Source: Patescibacteria group bacterium
GTDB taxonomy: Bacteria > Patescibacteriota > Patescibacteriia > UBA10025 > JAHIVO01
Direction: 5' to 3'
Assembly (NCBI GenBank): GCA_041650915.1
Contig: JBAZKE010000003.1
Coordinates: 149,226 to 213,225 of the forward strand
Length of the DNA stretch: 64,000 bases
Position numbers and translations under genes: made by a program. Below are positions 38,999 to 48,147 of the stretch, in pieces; position 1 is the first letter of the stretch, and every line of letters begins with the position of its first letter. Below the pieces are notes generated by a model. The model worked only from the letters and a program-made list of their open reading frames with translations. It was not told the origin of the DNA and searched no databases.

Positions 38999-40105
38999 AT
39001 GGCGAAAGACTACTACGAACTGCTCGGTGTTTCGAAAAACGCGACGCAGGATGAAATCAAGAGGGCATACCGCAAGCTCGCCCACCAGCATCACCCTGAT
39101 AAGAAGGGCGGCGATGAGGCAAAGTTCAAGGAGATCAACGCGGCGTACCAAGCGCTCGGCAATCCCGAGAAGCGCAAGCAGTACGACCAGTTCGGCGCAG
39201 CGTACGGCCAGCCGGGCGCGGGCGGGCCGGGAGGCGGTCCCGGAGGTTTCTCATGGGAGGATTTTGCCCGGGCATCGGGTGGCGGGCAGTACCAGCAGGG
39301 CGGGGTGGATTTTGATTTCGGCGATATTTTCGGCGACCTATTCGGATTTGGCAGGCGCGGCGGCGGAGCCGGGGGGCGGACCCGCCGCGGCGGCAACGAC
39401 ATCCAAGCAGAAATGACGATTGATTTTAGGGAGTCGGCGTTCGGCGCGGACAAGGTCATTGACCTGTACAAGAGCGTGGTGTGTTCTCGCTGCTCGGGGG
39501 GCGGTGCAGAGCCCGGCACCAAGGTGGAGACCTGCACGACGTGCGGCGGCAGCGGCAGGGTTGAGCAAATACAGCGAACGATTCTCGGCGCGTTCCGCAC
39601 GGTCGGCGTGTGCCCCGAGTGCCGGGGCGAGGGCAAGCGGGTGGGCACGAAGTGCAGGGAGTGCCGGGGCAGCGGCCGCGTGAAGAGCAGCGAAACGATC
39701 AAGGTAAAGGTGCCTGCAGGCATTTCCGATGGGGAGACGATCCGCCTTTCGGGAAAGGGCGAGGCAGGCGAGCGGGGATCAGGCGCAGGAGATCTGTACA
39801 TAACCATGCGCGTGAAACCGGATCCGAATTTTGAGCGGAAAGAGGATGATATTGTTTCCTCCGTTGATATCACCTTTCCCCAGGCGGCGCTCGGCGATAA
39901 AATTCCCATCCTGACGCTTGACGGGGAGGTTTCACTAAGGATTCCTGCCGGGACCCAGTCTGGCAAGGTTTTTAAGCTCAGGGACAGAGGCGTCATGCAC
40001 CTGCGTTCGCGGGGCAGGGGCGACCATCTCGTCACCGTTAACGTCGTTACGCCGACGGATCTTTCACGCAAGCAAAAAAAGCTGCTCGAAGAGTTCGGGG
40101 AGTAA
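38999..40105 (+). CDS. dnaJ: Chaperone DnaJ
   Basis: J-domain HPD, G/F region, four CxxCxGxG motifs. Confidence 0.97.
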   Translation: MAKDYYELLGVSKNATQDEIKRAYRKLAHQHHPDKKGGDEAKFKEINAAYQALGNPEKRKQYDQFGAAYGQPGAGGPGGGPGGFSWEDFARASGGGQYQQGGVDFDFGDIFGDLFGFGRRGGGAGGRTRRGGNDIQAEMTIDFRESAFGADKVIDLYKSVVCSRCSGGGAEPGTKVETCTTCGGSGRVEQIQRTILGAFRTVGVCPECRGEGKRVGTKCRECRGSGRVKSSETIKVKVPAGISDGETIRLSGKGEAGERGSGAGDLYITMRVKPDPNFERKEDDIVSSVDITFPQAALGDKIPILTLDGEVSLRIPAGTQSGKVFKLRDRGVMHLRSRGRGDHLVTVNVVTPTDLSRKQKKLLEEFGE

Positions 40106-40176
40106 CCCATTCGAAAACAAAACCGCGGGTACCGTAGCAACCGCGGTGGTTGTTTTTGTTTTTTTGCTGCCGCAAT

Positions 40177-40851
40177 TTACGCAGCGAGCAGCTGCCGTGC
40201 GTTCTCGAATGCTGTTTCGAGAAACCTGCCAGGCTTCATGCCCGCGTGGGCACTGACAGCCCGGAGCATGCTGTTCGCCGCCCGCTTCAGTACGGTGAGC
40301 GTGGGGCTCGACAGCCGGTAGTGGCGCTGCCCCTCCGTATCCAGGCCAGGATAACGCTCACGGAGGTACACGATGCGTCCGCCGATATCCGTGAATTCGC
40401 TATTGTTCACCAGGCAGTCGGCGAGGAATACGATGACCGCGTACAGGGGCAGCGAACCGGACGCCCGCTCGTACAGCCGGAGCGTATCGAGCGAAGCGCA
40501 TAGCGCTGCCCTGACGGTACGTTTGTCCCATCCGCAGCCGCTGAGCAGCTTCTCCTGGCGGTCGGTCTGGCTATCGATCCACCCAAAGTCATGGCCGCCG
40601 TTTGCGTCCGCGTGCTCGATGAGCATGCGCTTCCAGAAATCATGGACCGCGCACGCGCAGATGCATTCGGTTTTGTAGCTGTACGTGATGAGCCGCGTCA
40701 TCGCGTATGCGAGAGCCGCCGTGGCAACCATGTGGTTTACGATGTGCAACCAGCCGGTTTCCAGGAGCTGCCCGTGATTCCAGGTCTGTTCAATGCGCCG
40801 CAGCTGCCGGTCCGGCAGAATGCCCGAAAACGGCCGAAGTTCTTGTCTCAC
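40177..40851 (-). CDS. HD-domain-like protein
   Basis: H...HD...D pattern (NHM, VHDF, LAD); AAGGAGG SD before GTG 40851; own promoter. Confidence 0.65.
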   Translation of the reverse strand: MRQELRPFSGILPDRQLRRIEQTWNHGQLLETGWLHIVNHMVATAALAYAMTRLITYSYKTECICACAVHDFWKRMLIEHADANGGHDFGWIDSQTDRQEKLLSGCGWDKRTVRAALCASLDTLRLYERASGSLPLYAVIVFLADCLVNNSEFTDIGGRIVYLRERYPGLDTEGQRHYRLSSPTLTVLKRAANSMLRAVSAHAGMKPGRFLETAFENARQLLAA

Positions 40852-41056
40852 TCCACCCTCCTTGTTTATTTTGGCTGGACGTTTGTTTTTTAAAGCGCGC
40901 TGCAGCAATCTCCGCCGCAGCGTGCACTATCGTACCATAGCCGTTACATTTGTCAATTGATTGTGTGCAGTATTGACAGGGGAGCGTTTTTGGTGTACGG
41001 TACTATGAAGCAAAAACGAAGAAAAAAACCGTATCATGCCAAACAATGGAGGTAAT

Positions 41057-41473
41057 ATGGCAGCTGAGAAGAGAGTAGTACTGGCGCTTCGGGAGCTCGA
41101 GCAAGCGCCAGGATCCAGGATCGTTTGTTTTACTGGGTCAACGGACAGCGAAGGGCGCCAGCTTATGGGCCTTTCACAGGTAGTGTGCATTGTGCCTGAC
41201 CGGCACGATGCTACCAAGTACCGTATCTTTTTCATGCCAGCGGACGGCATTGAATTCGGTGATGGCCGTTTGGCCGGCTACGTAGACGCTTTGCTTAAGC
41301 GCTGGCCTTCGTCGGCATCTTTCGACCGATGCGAGATACGGAACGGGTCAGACGGTCCGCAGGCCGAACAGATCCAGACCGGGGAATACCTGTGCTATCG
41401 TAAGGATGGTCTCGGGCGTACGCTGGCTACGCCATTCCCGATTACCCACATCTTCGTATGTGAAGCTGCTTAG
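41057..41473 (+). CDS. ORFan with own promoter, SD and terminator
   Basis: TTGACA at 40973; GGAGGT SD before ATG 41057; hairpin ATGAGCCC/GGGCTCAT plus T-tract. Confidence 0.7.
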   Translation: MAAEKRVVLALRELEQAPGSRIVCFTGSTDSEGRQLMGLSQVVCIVPDRHDATKYRIFFMPADGIEFGDGRLAGYVDALLKRWPSSASFDRCEIRNGSDGPQAEQIQTGEYLCYRKDGLGRTLATPFPITHIFVCEAA

Positions 41474-41602
41474 CAAAGCAGCTTGCATCAACGATGCGGC
41501 AGATGAGCCCTGATTCCCACGGGGCTCATTTTATTGTTGATTTTTTCTCATTTTTGTGCTATACTAAGTTTACATAAAGAGTTATATGTAACGACGAAGG
41601 GT

Positions 41603-42214
41603 ATGATTCCAGTTGCATGGGCAGCTGAAACTGCCGAAGCAGCAGCTGAGTCTTCGAACTTTCTCCAGAATATCGACTGGACCAGGCCGACCTGGGATCT
41701 GTTTATTGTACTCTTTTTCGTGATCGCAGCGTTTTTGTACGGTTTGTCGCTCGGGCGCGACCGGATTATCGTCATCCTCGTGAGCATCTACATATCGCTC
41801 GCAGTCGTCGAGCACGCACCGCTCGTGAACAACGAGGGTTTCCAAAGCATGATCAATAATCTTGTCGGCCAGTTTTTTGTTTTTCAAATTTCTGCGTTCC
41901 TGCTTTTGTTCATTGTACTGTTTTTTGTCATAACCCGCAGCGCATTGCTGAAAACAATCGCATCTTCGGATTCACCGGGCCCGTGGTGGCAGGTGCTGTT
42001 GTATAGCGTGCTGCACGTCGGTTTAATCGTTAGTATTATTCTGTCGTATATTCCGAAAGAATCGGTGGAGGGCGTTCTCTCGCCCCTCACACAGCAAGTA
42101 TTTACCGGCAATTTTGCGCAGAACGTGTGGATCATCGGCCCGCTCATCGCGATGTTCGTGTTCAAGGGCGGCGCCTCGGAAAAGAAAAAGCGTAAAATCA
42201 TCGAGGAGGAATAG
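41603..42214 (+). CDS. Hypothetical membrane protein (CvpA-like topology)
   Basis: WDLFIVLFF...YGLSLGRDR; 5-6 TM helices. Confidence 0.7.
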   Translation: MIPVAWAAETAEAAAESSNFLQNIDWTRPTWDLFIVLFFVIAAFLYGLSLGRDRIIVILVSIYISLAVVEHAPLVNNEGFQSMINNLVGQFFVFQISAFLLLFIVLFFVITRSALLKTIASSDSPGPWWQVLLYSVLHVGLIVSIILSYIPKESVEGVLSPLTQQVFTGNFAQNVWIIGPLIAMFVFKGGASEKKKRKIIEEE

Positions 42215-42349
42215 CCGCCTGCTGGCAGCTGCCGTATCGCTGGGCTAATTTTTTATTGACAAAAAAAGCAGCTATGTTATATTTCTCCTCCAGGAGGAAG
42301 CACACAGTGTGCGGCTATCCGATCACCTACAGATCTAGGGAGGTTTACC

Positions 42350-42595
42350 GTGAACGTACGAGACGCGATGGACAGTGTGGCGCAGTTGCGGAAGCGGCAG
42401 CCATTGATCCGGCAGCAGCTGGATGACGATGGCAGGCACGATTTTGAAGAGCTCTTAGGGCAGATCGAAAAACTGCTCGGGGACATGCCTGTTCCGGACG
42501 GGCTGGGCGTGTCTAGCCTTATCGAGGAGGCGGAGGCGATAAGCGCCCGCGTTGTTCCCGCAAAGGAAAATCGGTGTGCGGGATTGGCTGACTGA
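42350..42595 (+). CDS. Small helical ORFan (paralog 1)
   Basis: TTGACA-16-TATATT with TGn; GGAGGT SD; terminator TGCGAGACGG/CCGTCTCGCA plus T7. Confidence 0.7.
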   Translation: MNVRDAMDSVAQLRKRQPLIRQQLDDDGRHDFEELLGQIEKLLGDMPVPDGLGVSSLIEEAEAISARVVPAKENRCAGLAD

Positions 42596-42720
42596 ATTGT
42601 GCACTGCACAAAATTGCGAGACGGGAGACTATCCGTCTCGCATATTTTTTTGGATTGACAAAACGGCTGTCCGTGGTACGATTGCGTAAAATCAAACAGA
42701 CATAGACTGGAGGTACGGAG

Positions 42721-42969
42721 ATGAACGTTGCAGAAGCGCGCCGTCGTATCGCTGAGCTGAGCATAACGGTTACGCACGGCAAGATTACGAGTACGCTCAC
42801 GGACAGTGAGATCAAGCAGGTTGAGAGGGTGATACAATTGTTCAGGGATGCGATTGAGCGGGCGGTACTCCAGGAAGCAGATGGTCTACTGGCTGCAATC
42901 GATAGCGTATCCGGGGTTACCGCGAAGGTCAAAGCGCCGAACTTCGCTGCAATGACCAGTTGCACGTAA
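42721..42969 (+). CDS. Small helical ORFan (paralog 2)
   Basis: TTGACA-16-TACGAT with TGn; GGAGGT SD; terminator AAAGTCCGC/GCGGACTTT. Confidence 0.7.
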   Translation: MNVAEARRRIAELSITVTHGKITSTLTDSEIKQVERVIQLFRDAIERAVLQEADGLLAAIDSVSGVTAKVKAPNFAAMTSCT

Positions 42970-43047
42970 GTGAACTTTTTCCGAATCGAAAAGTCCGCCC
43001 CCTTTAGGAGCGGACTTTCATTGTGTGCAGGATCAACGGCGGGCGCA

Positions 43048-43923
43048 TTAATGGAATGCCAGAATGAAGATAATGCCGATAATCATTGCCGTAGCGCCGA
43101 CGAGGCGATATGCGATATTTTTTTCATGGAAGAATATTTTTCCCAAAACAATGCTGCCCAAGATCGTACCGCCGCGCTTGATCGCGATAACGTACGGGAC
43201 GAGTATCCGGGCGATAGCGAGCATTTGGAACGTGGAACCGATGCTGCTCAGGGCAGCGACTGTTGCCAGAAGCCCGATGTGTGCCTTGGTTTGCTGTACG
43301 AATCGTTTGCGGGTGTACAGCACGTACGCCGTCAGGGGAATGAGCACCCCGATGTTGACTGTCAATAAATAGAAAAAGGCCGATGAACGCTCGAGCGCCA
43401 TTTTATCGATATTTGACGCAACGCTCCAGATGAGCGCGACGATGAGCGCGTAGAAGCTGCCTCTCTCATGCCAGATCGCTTTTAGCGGAGCGAGGAACCC
43501 CTGGCGCGTCTTTTCCAGGTTAATGAGGTATGAGCCTACCACGATGCACCCGATGCCAATAATGCCCCACGTATTGGGCAGTTCATGGAGCATGATATAC
43601 GAGGTAAAGATCATGAATGCCGGGGAGAATGACAGGAAGGGGAGAGTAAGCGAGAGCGGCGAGCACTGGATCGCGCGGATCAGCAGCACGCTGGTGGTAG
43701 TTGCCGAGGCGACCGCAATCGGGAAAATAATCCAGTACGACGGTTCGATTTCAGGCATGCCTTCCACGGCAAGCGCAATCGCGAAAAATACAAGCGACAG
43801 GAGCGTCGATGCCCACACGAGCACGCTCACGTCCATGCGCTCTGTAAGTTTTTTGTTTGTGCCTTCGCGTATCGCGAAAACAACTGATGCAACGATAGCA
43901 AAAAGAAAACCCGCCATAGCCAT
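43048..43923 (-). CDS. EamA/DMT family transporter
   Basis: Ten TM helices in two repeats; LHELP...GIIGI; FFHEK. Confidence 0.88.
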   Translation of the reverse strand: MAMAGFLFAIVASVVFAIREGTNKKLTERMDVSVLVWASTLLSLVFFAIALAVEGMPEIEPSYWIIFPIAVASATTTSVLLIRAIQCSPLSLTLPFLSFSPAFMIFTSYIMLHELPNTWGIIGIGCIVVGSYLINLEKTRQGFLAPLKAIWHERGSFYALIVALIWSVASNIDKMALERSSAFFYLLTVNIGVLIPLTAYVLYTRKRFVQQTKAHIGLLATVAALSSIGSTFQMLAIARILVPYVIAIKRGGTILGSIVLGKIFFHEKNIAYRLVGATAMIIGIIFILAFH

Positions 43924-43936
43924 GGGAAGGCAATGA

Positions 43937-45436
43937 TTATGTCCGCAGCTGTTTGATGACCGGGCCGCCCGGCGTATCCTCGACGGCGAATCCGGCAGCT
44001 GCTATTTTATCTCTCAGCTCATCAGCCGCGCTGAAATTCTTCTGCGCCCGCGCATCCTCGCGCCGTTCCGCCAGTTCTTTAATTGTATGCGGCACTTCGA
44101 TCGGTTTGGCATCTTTGAGGTTGAGCGCGAGCACGCTGTCAAACTCGAGGAGCGTGGCTTTCTTTGCTCCGTTCGGCAAGCCCGATTTCAGCAGCTCCCA
44201 GGCGACCGCCACCGCTTTCGGCATGTTGAGGTCGTCATTAGCCGCTTCGGTAAAGCGTTTTTTGAAATCAGCCGAAACGTCTGTTGGTTCGCCGAGCTCG
44301 CCCGCCAGCGCGTAGAGGCTATCGAGCGTCCGCTGGGCGCTCTGCAGCGCTTTCCAGGAAAAATTCAGTTTCGTGCGGTACTGCGCCGAGTAGGTCAGGA
44401 AGCGGAAGGCGAGCGGATTGAATCCTTTTTCCTTGACGGTCAAGAGGGTTGTAAAATTTTCATCTGATTTCGACATCTTTATTTCCGCGGTGATTTTTTT
44501 GCCGCACGTGCCGCACTTTTTTTCAAATCCGCCTTCTTTCTTGAGGTCCTCGTCCTGGACCGTATGTTTTTCGCCGCAGTGCGCGCACATCACTACCGTG
44601 CCGACGTACGGATTAATCACGACAAATTCACCGTGCAGCCAGTATCGCACGAACTGTTTGCCGGTGACCGCTTCGGCCTGGGCGATTTCGTTCGTGTGGT
44701 GCACGGGTATGAGGTCAATCCCGCCGCAGTGGATATCGAGGGTGTCGCCGAGGTACTGCTGTGCCATGACCGAGCACTCGAGATGCCATCCGGGAAATCC
44801 CATGCCCCAGGGGCTGTCCCACTCCATATCGCGCTTGGCGCCTTTGGGCGAAAATTTCCAGAGTGCGAAGTCGGTAGGGTTTTTCTTTTCTTCATTCTTC
44901 CGGACGCGTGCGCCTTCCCTGAGGTCTTCAAGCTTCTGCCTCGAGAGGATGCCGTAGCCGGTAAATTTTGACGTATCGTAGTATACGCCGTCTGACGTCG
45001 TGTACGTAAATCCCTTCGCTTCGAGCTTCTTGATCCATGCAATCTGCTCTTGAATGTGGTCGGTTGCTTTTGCCCAGACTGTAGGCTGCTCTATGTTGAG
45101 GTCCGCGAAATTTTCTTTTACGGCTTTCGTGTAGAATTCAGCCACTTCCCACGCTGTCCTGCCTTCCCGGCGCGCTCCCTTCTCCATTTTATCCTCGCCT
45201 TCGTCAGCGTCTGAGGTGAGGTGCCCGACGTCGGTGATATTCATGACGTGCTTGACCTTGTAACCGTTGAGCTTGAGCACGCGTTTCAGGGTATCTTCAA
45301 AAATAAACGTGCGCATATTTCCGATGTGCGCGTAGTGGTATACGGTCGGACCGCACGTATACACGGTCACCTCGTCCGGGTTGAGCGGCTCGAACGGCTC
45401 TTTTTTTCTACTGAGCGTATTGTACAGCTGCAGCAT
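43937..45436 (-). CDS. cysS: Cysteine--tRNA ligase with Zn-ribbon insertion
   Basis: [32 protein letters not shown]. Confidence 0.96.
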   Translation of the reverse strand: MLQLYNTLSRKKEPFEPLNPDEVTVYTCGPTVYHYAHIGNMRTFIFEDTLKRVLKLNGYKVKHVMNITDVGHLTSDADEGEDKMEKGARREGRTAWEVAEFYTKAVKENFADLNIEQPTVWAKATDHIQEQIAWIKKLEAKGFTYTTSDGVYYDTSKFTGYGILSRQKLEDLREGARVRKNEEKKNPTDFALWKFSPKGAKRDMEWDSPWGMGFPGWHLECSVMAQQYLGDTLDIHCGGIDLIPVHHTNEIAQAEAVTGKQFVRYWLHGEFVVINPYVGTVVMCAHCGEKHTVQDEDLKKEGGFEKKCGTCGKKITAEIKMSKSDENFTTLLTVKEKGFNPLAFRFLTYSAQYRTKLNFSWKALQSAQRTLDSLYALAGELGEPTDVSADFKKRFTEAANDDLNMPKAVAVAWELLKSGLPNGAKKATLLEFDSVLALNLKDAKPIEVPHTIKELAERREDARAQKNFSAADELRDKIAAAGFAVEDTPGGPVIKQLRT

Positions 45437-45604
45437 ATGCTTATAGTGTAGCTTTTTTATCGTGATCAGGCAATGCAAAAAAAGTTGCCACTGTTGCGCT
45501 GCACCAGGCGGCTGCCAGGGGAGCACGGCGGCGCGGTCGAGTGATTTGTGGATGCTACATTTGCAGGCGATCGTACGGACAGCCTGCCGGATAGATGTTT
45601 TATA

Positions 45605-46579
45605 CTAACCGGTTTTATCTTCCGATGCGCGTATGTCGAGCCCGATTTCCTTCCACTCTGACATCACGGCCTCAATGTCTCTCGGCTCTACGACCTGGCG
45701 GTTTTGGCGGATCGATGGCTTGCCTTCGATGCTCGCGAGCTTCACCTTGGCAGCAGCCTCGTCCATGAGGTCAATCGCCTTGTCGGGAAAGACGCGGTCC
45801 CTGATAAACCGGTCCGAAAGTTCGACTGCTTTTTCGAGCGCCGCGTCGGTAATTTTCAGCTGGTGGTGGTCTTCGTAGCGCTGCCTGATGCCTTTCAGTA
45901 TTTGTATGGTCATCTCCCTGCTCGGCTCCTCAATCATGATCGGCTGAAAGCGGCGCTCGAGGGTGAGGTCACGCTCGACATACTTCTTATAGTCTTCCAT
46001 GGTTGTCGCCCCGATAACCTGCAGCTCTCCCCGCGCGAGGGCAGGTTTGAGGATATCCGCGGCATCGATCGCGCCGGTTGCCTGTCCTGCTTCAGCGAGC
46101 GTATGCATCTCATCGATGAAAAGGATTACGGAGCGCTGGGCGGCAATAATTTCATCAACAAGTGACTTGAGGCGCCTTTCGAACTCGCCGCGGTACTTGG
46201 TGCCGGCAACGAGCCCTGACAGATCGAGCGCAAGCACGCGCTTGTTCACGATGGTCGACGTGACGTTTTTTGCGGCGATGGCGTTCGCGAGGCCTTCGAC
46301 AATCGCCGTTTTGCCGACGCCCGACTGGCCGATCAGCACCGGATTGTTCTTGGTCCGGCGCGAGAGAATCTGTATGACCCGTTCTATCTCATGCTCGCGG
46401 CCGATGACGGGATCGAGCTTCTGTTCGCGCGCGAGCGCGGTCAAATCTTTTGAGTAGAGCTTGAGCACCTGGAAGCTGCCGCGGTTTTTTACGTTCTCGC
46501 GGTACAGCCAAAAAATCACCGCCCCGAGCACGATGAGCAAGAGGAGCAATGACCAAGATGATGTCGGCAGTTCTGCCAT
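45605..46579 (-). CDS. Membrane-anchored Clp/Hsp100 NBD1-only AAA+ ATPase
   Basis: N-terminal TM; [40 protein letters not shown]; no second AAA domain. Confidence 0.85.
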   Translation of the reverse strand: MAELPTSSWSLLLLLIVLGAVIFWLYRENVKNRGSFQVLKLYSKDLTALAREQKLDPVIGREHEIERVIQILSRRTKNNPVLIGQSGVGKTAIVEGLANAIAAKNVTSTIVNKRVLALDLSGLVAGTKYRGEFERRLKSLVDEIIAAQRSVILFIDEMHTLAEAGQATGAIDAADILKPALARGELQVIGATTMEDYKKYVERDLTLERRFQPIMIEEPSREMTIQILKGIRQRYEDHHQLKITDAALEKAVELSDRFIRDRVFPDKAIDLMDEAAAKVKLASIEGKPSIRQNRQVVEPRDIEAVMSEWKEIGLDIRASEDKTG

Positions 46580-46739
46580 AGCACTTGTTTGTGTTTTTTG
46601 AACGCTGTTTTATTGTAGCATATTTTTGGCTTTTTTTCAAGCGCTCTTTGTTAAAAAAATACGCCCCGATCTAACTCATTATAGAGTGAGAACCGGGGCA
46701 TATTACTTTCGCGTTGTCAGCTGATAACCTGGTTGCCGT

Positions 46740-47372
46740 CTACGACTGGTAGTCGAATACGAGAACGTATTTCGCGATGTAGAACATCGCATCTTTCTCG
46801 ACAAACGGCATACCGCATTTGTCGGATACGACTGCATCGTAGGGCTGGCGGATAACCAGTTCACACGACATCGAGGACGGAACCGCGACTTCGAAAAATC
46901 GCTTACGATCCACGTTTCTCAAGTCTTGAAAAACGCGGACCCCGTTCTGATTTCCGCAGTACGATATTTGCGGAAATCCAGGATTGCCGTTTGCAACCTT
47001 CGGGAAGCTGATCTCGAAGGCCGCGTGCAATCCGGTCACCCAGATCGTGTCCATGTTAACCGTGTGTTTGATATTTTTGTATTGAAGCACGCGGTCTTTG
47101 CTTTTTTCCGGGAGATTTATGGTGTAGATCTTGCCATCCATCTCCATGCACTCCTCGAAGGGGTAGTACAGCTGGGAGGAGTTCGTTGAACCCCACCGCC
47201 AGTGGCGCGTAATGAGCAGATGATCATCCGCGCCAGGTGTACACGCCCGTTTGAAAAAAGCCAGGTCTCCGCCAACCTCACCGAGGTGAATGCTGGTGCA
47301 GCCCGATAGCAGCGATAAGCTGACTAAGCTGACAATGAAAAGAGCCAACAGAACCGACAGTTTCGTCTTCAT
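46740..47372 (-). CDS. Putative lipoprotein ORFan with own promoter, SD and terminator
   Basis: Lipobox-like LSGC; TTGACA-17-TAGTAT (47458-47430); GAGGAG SD. Confidence 0.7.
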   Translation of the reverse strand: MKTKLSVLLALFIVSLVSLSLLSGCTSIHLGEVGGDLAFFKRACTPGADDHLLITRHWRWGSTNSSQLYYPFEECMEMDGKIYTINLPEKSKDRVLQYKNIKHTVNMDTIWVTGLHAAFEISFPKVANGNPGFPQISYCGNQNGVRVFQDLRNVDRKRFFEVAVPSSMSCELVIRQPYDAVVSDKCGMPFVEKDAMFYIAKYVLVFDYQS

Positions 47373-47541
47373 CACTCTCTCCTCGAGTATATTGATTTCT
47401 ACTATTTTCCATTTACGAACAAGCCTACCATACTACCACCAGTATTATGTTTTGTCAAGGGTAGTTGTGCACATACCGAAAACCTTGATTTTTCTCGGAA
47501 AATGTGATATAATTGAAAAAGTTACAATTGCATTTTTTACT

Positions 47542-48123
47542 ATGGCGCAAGGTCCGGACACCAATATTAAAAAAGGAGCTGAACAGGAGCCGGGGGGGAT
47601 TGAAGATATTTTTGATTTGGCAAAGGAGGCAAAGCCGCCCGTCCCAGAAACAACCCCTGAGCAGCCCACAGCGAGGGAGGTTACCCGGGAAACGCCGGTT
47701 GAAGCGGCGCGTGAAGCAAGGCCGGAAGCGATTCCGGAGCAGGAGCCGGCAGCAGAATCAGAGGATGCCCGCCTGAAGTATGCTCCGCCTCCGGCAGCGG
47801 CTGCAACACCGGCAGCGGCGCCTGCCGCCAAGAGCGAAGAGCTGCGGAAGATCGAGACCGTGCTGTCAGAGCACCTCGACGAGCTTTTTCTGCAGATGAC
47901 GCCGGAGCAGCAAATTGCATTCCAGCAAAAGGGGGAAGAGACGGCGTCGAAGATCGAGAAGCTCATGCAGAGCGCGAAGGTGAAGGTGAGAGAGATCCTT
48001 TCGCTGATCAGGGACTGGCTGAAAATTATCCCCGGCGTTAATAAGTTTTTCATCGAGCAGGAAGCAAAAATCAAGACCGACCGCCTGCTTGCGTTCCACG
48101 AACAGAAACACAGAGAAAAATAA
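47542..48123 (+). CDS. Hypothetical protein upstream of the coupling-protein-like ATPase
   Basis: Pro/Ala/Glu linker, then WLKIIPGVNKFFIEQEAKIK; start at ATG 47542. Confidence 0.75.
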   Translation: MAQGPDTNIKKGAEQEPGGIEDIFDLAKEAKPPVPETTPEQPTAREVTRETPVEAAREARPEAIPEQEPAAESEDARLKYAPPPAAAATPAAAPAAKSEELRKIETVLSEHLDELFLQMTPEQQIAFQQKGEETASKIEKLMQSAKVKVREILSLIRDWLKIIPGVNKFFIEQEAKIKTDRLLAFHEQKHREK

Positions 48124-48147
48124 TTTTTACATTACCCTCTCGTTTTC

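Noticed and set aside
44480-44614. Intein in CysRS
   Set aside because: It is too short and lacks the N-terminal Cys/Ser and C-terminal His-Asn intein motifs.
45437-45604. T-box riboswitch upstream of cysS
   Set aside because: No T-box consensus is present, and a promoter (TTGCCT-17-TACACT) lies downstream of the hairpin, just before the start codon.
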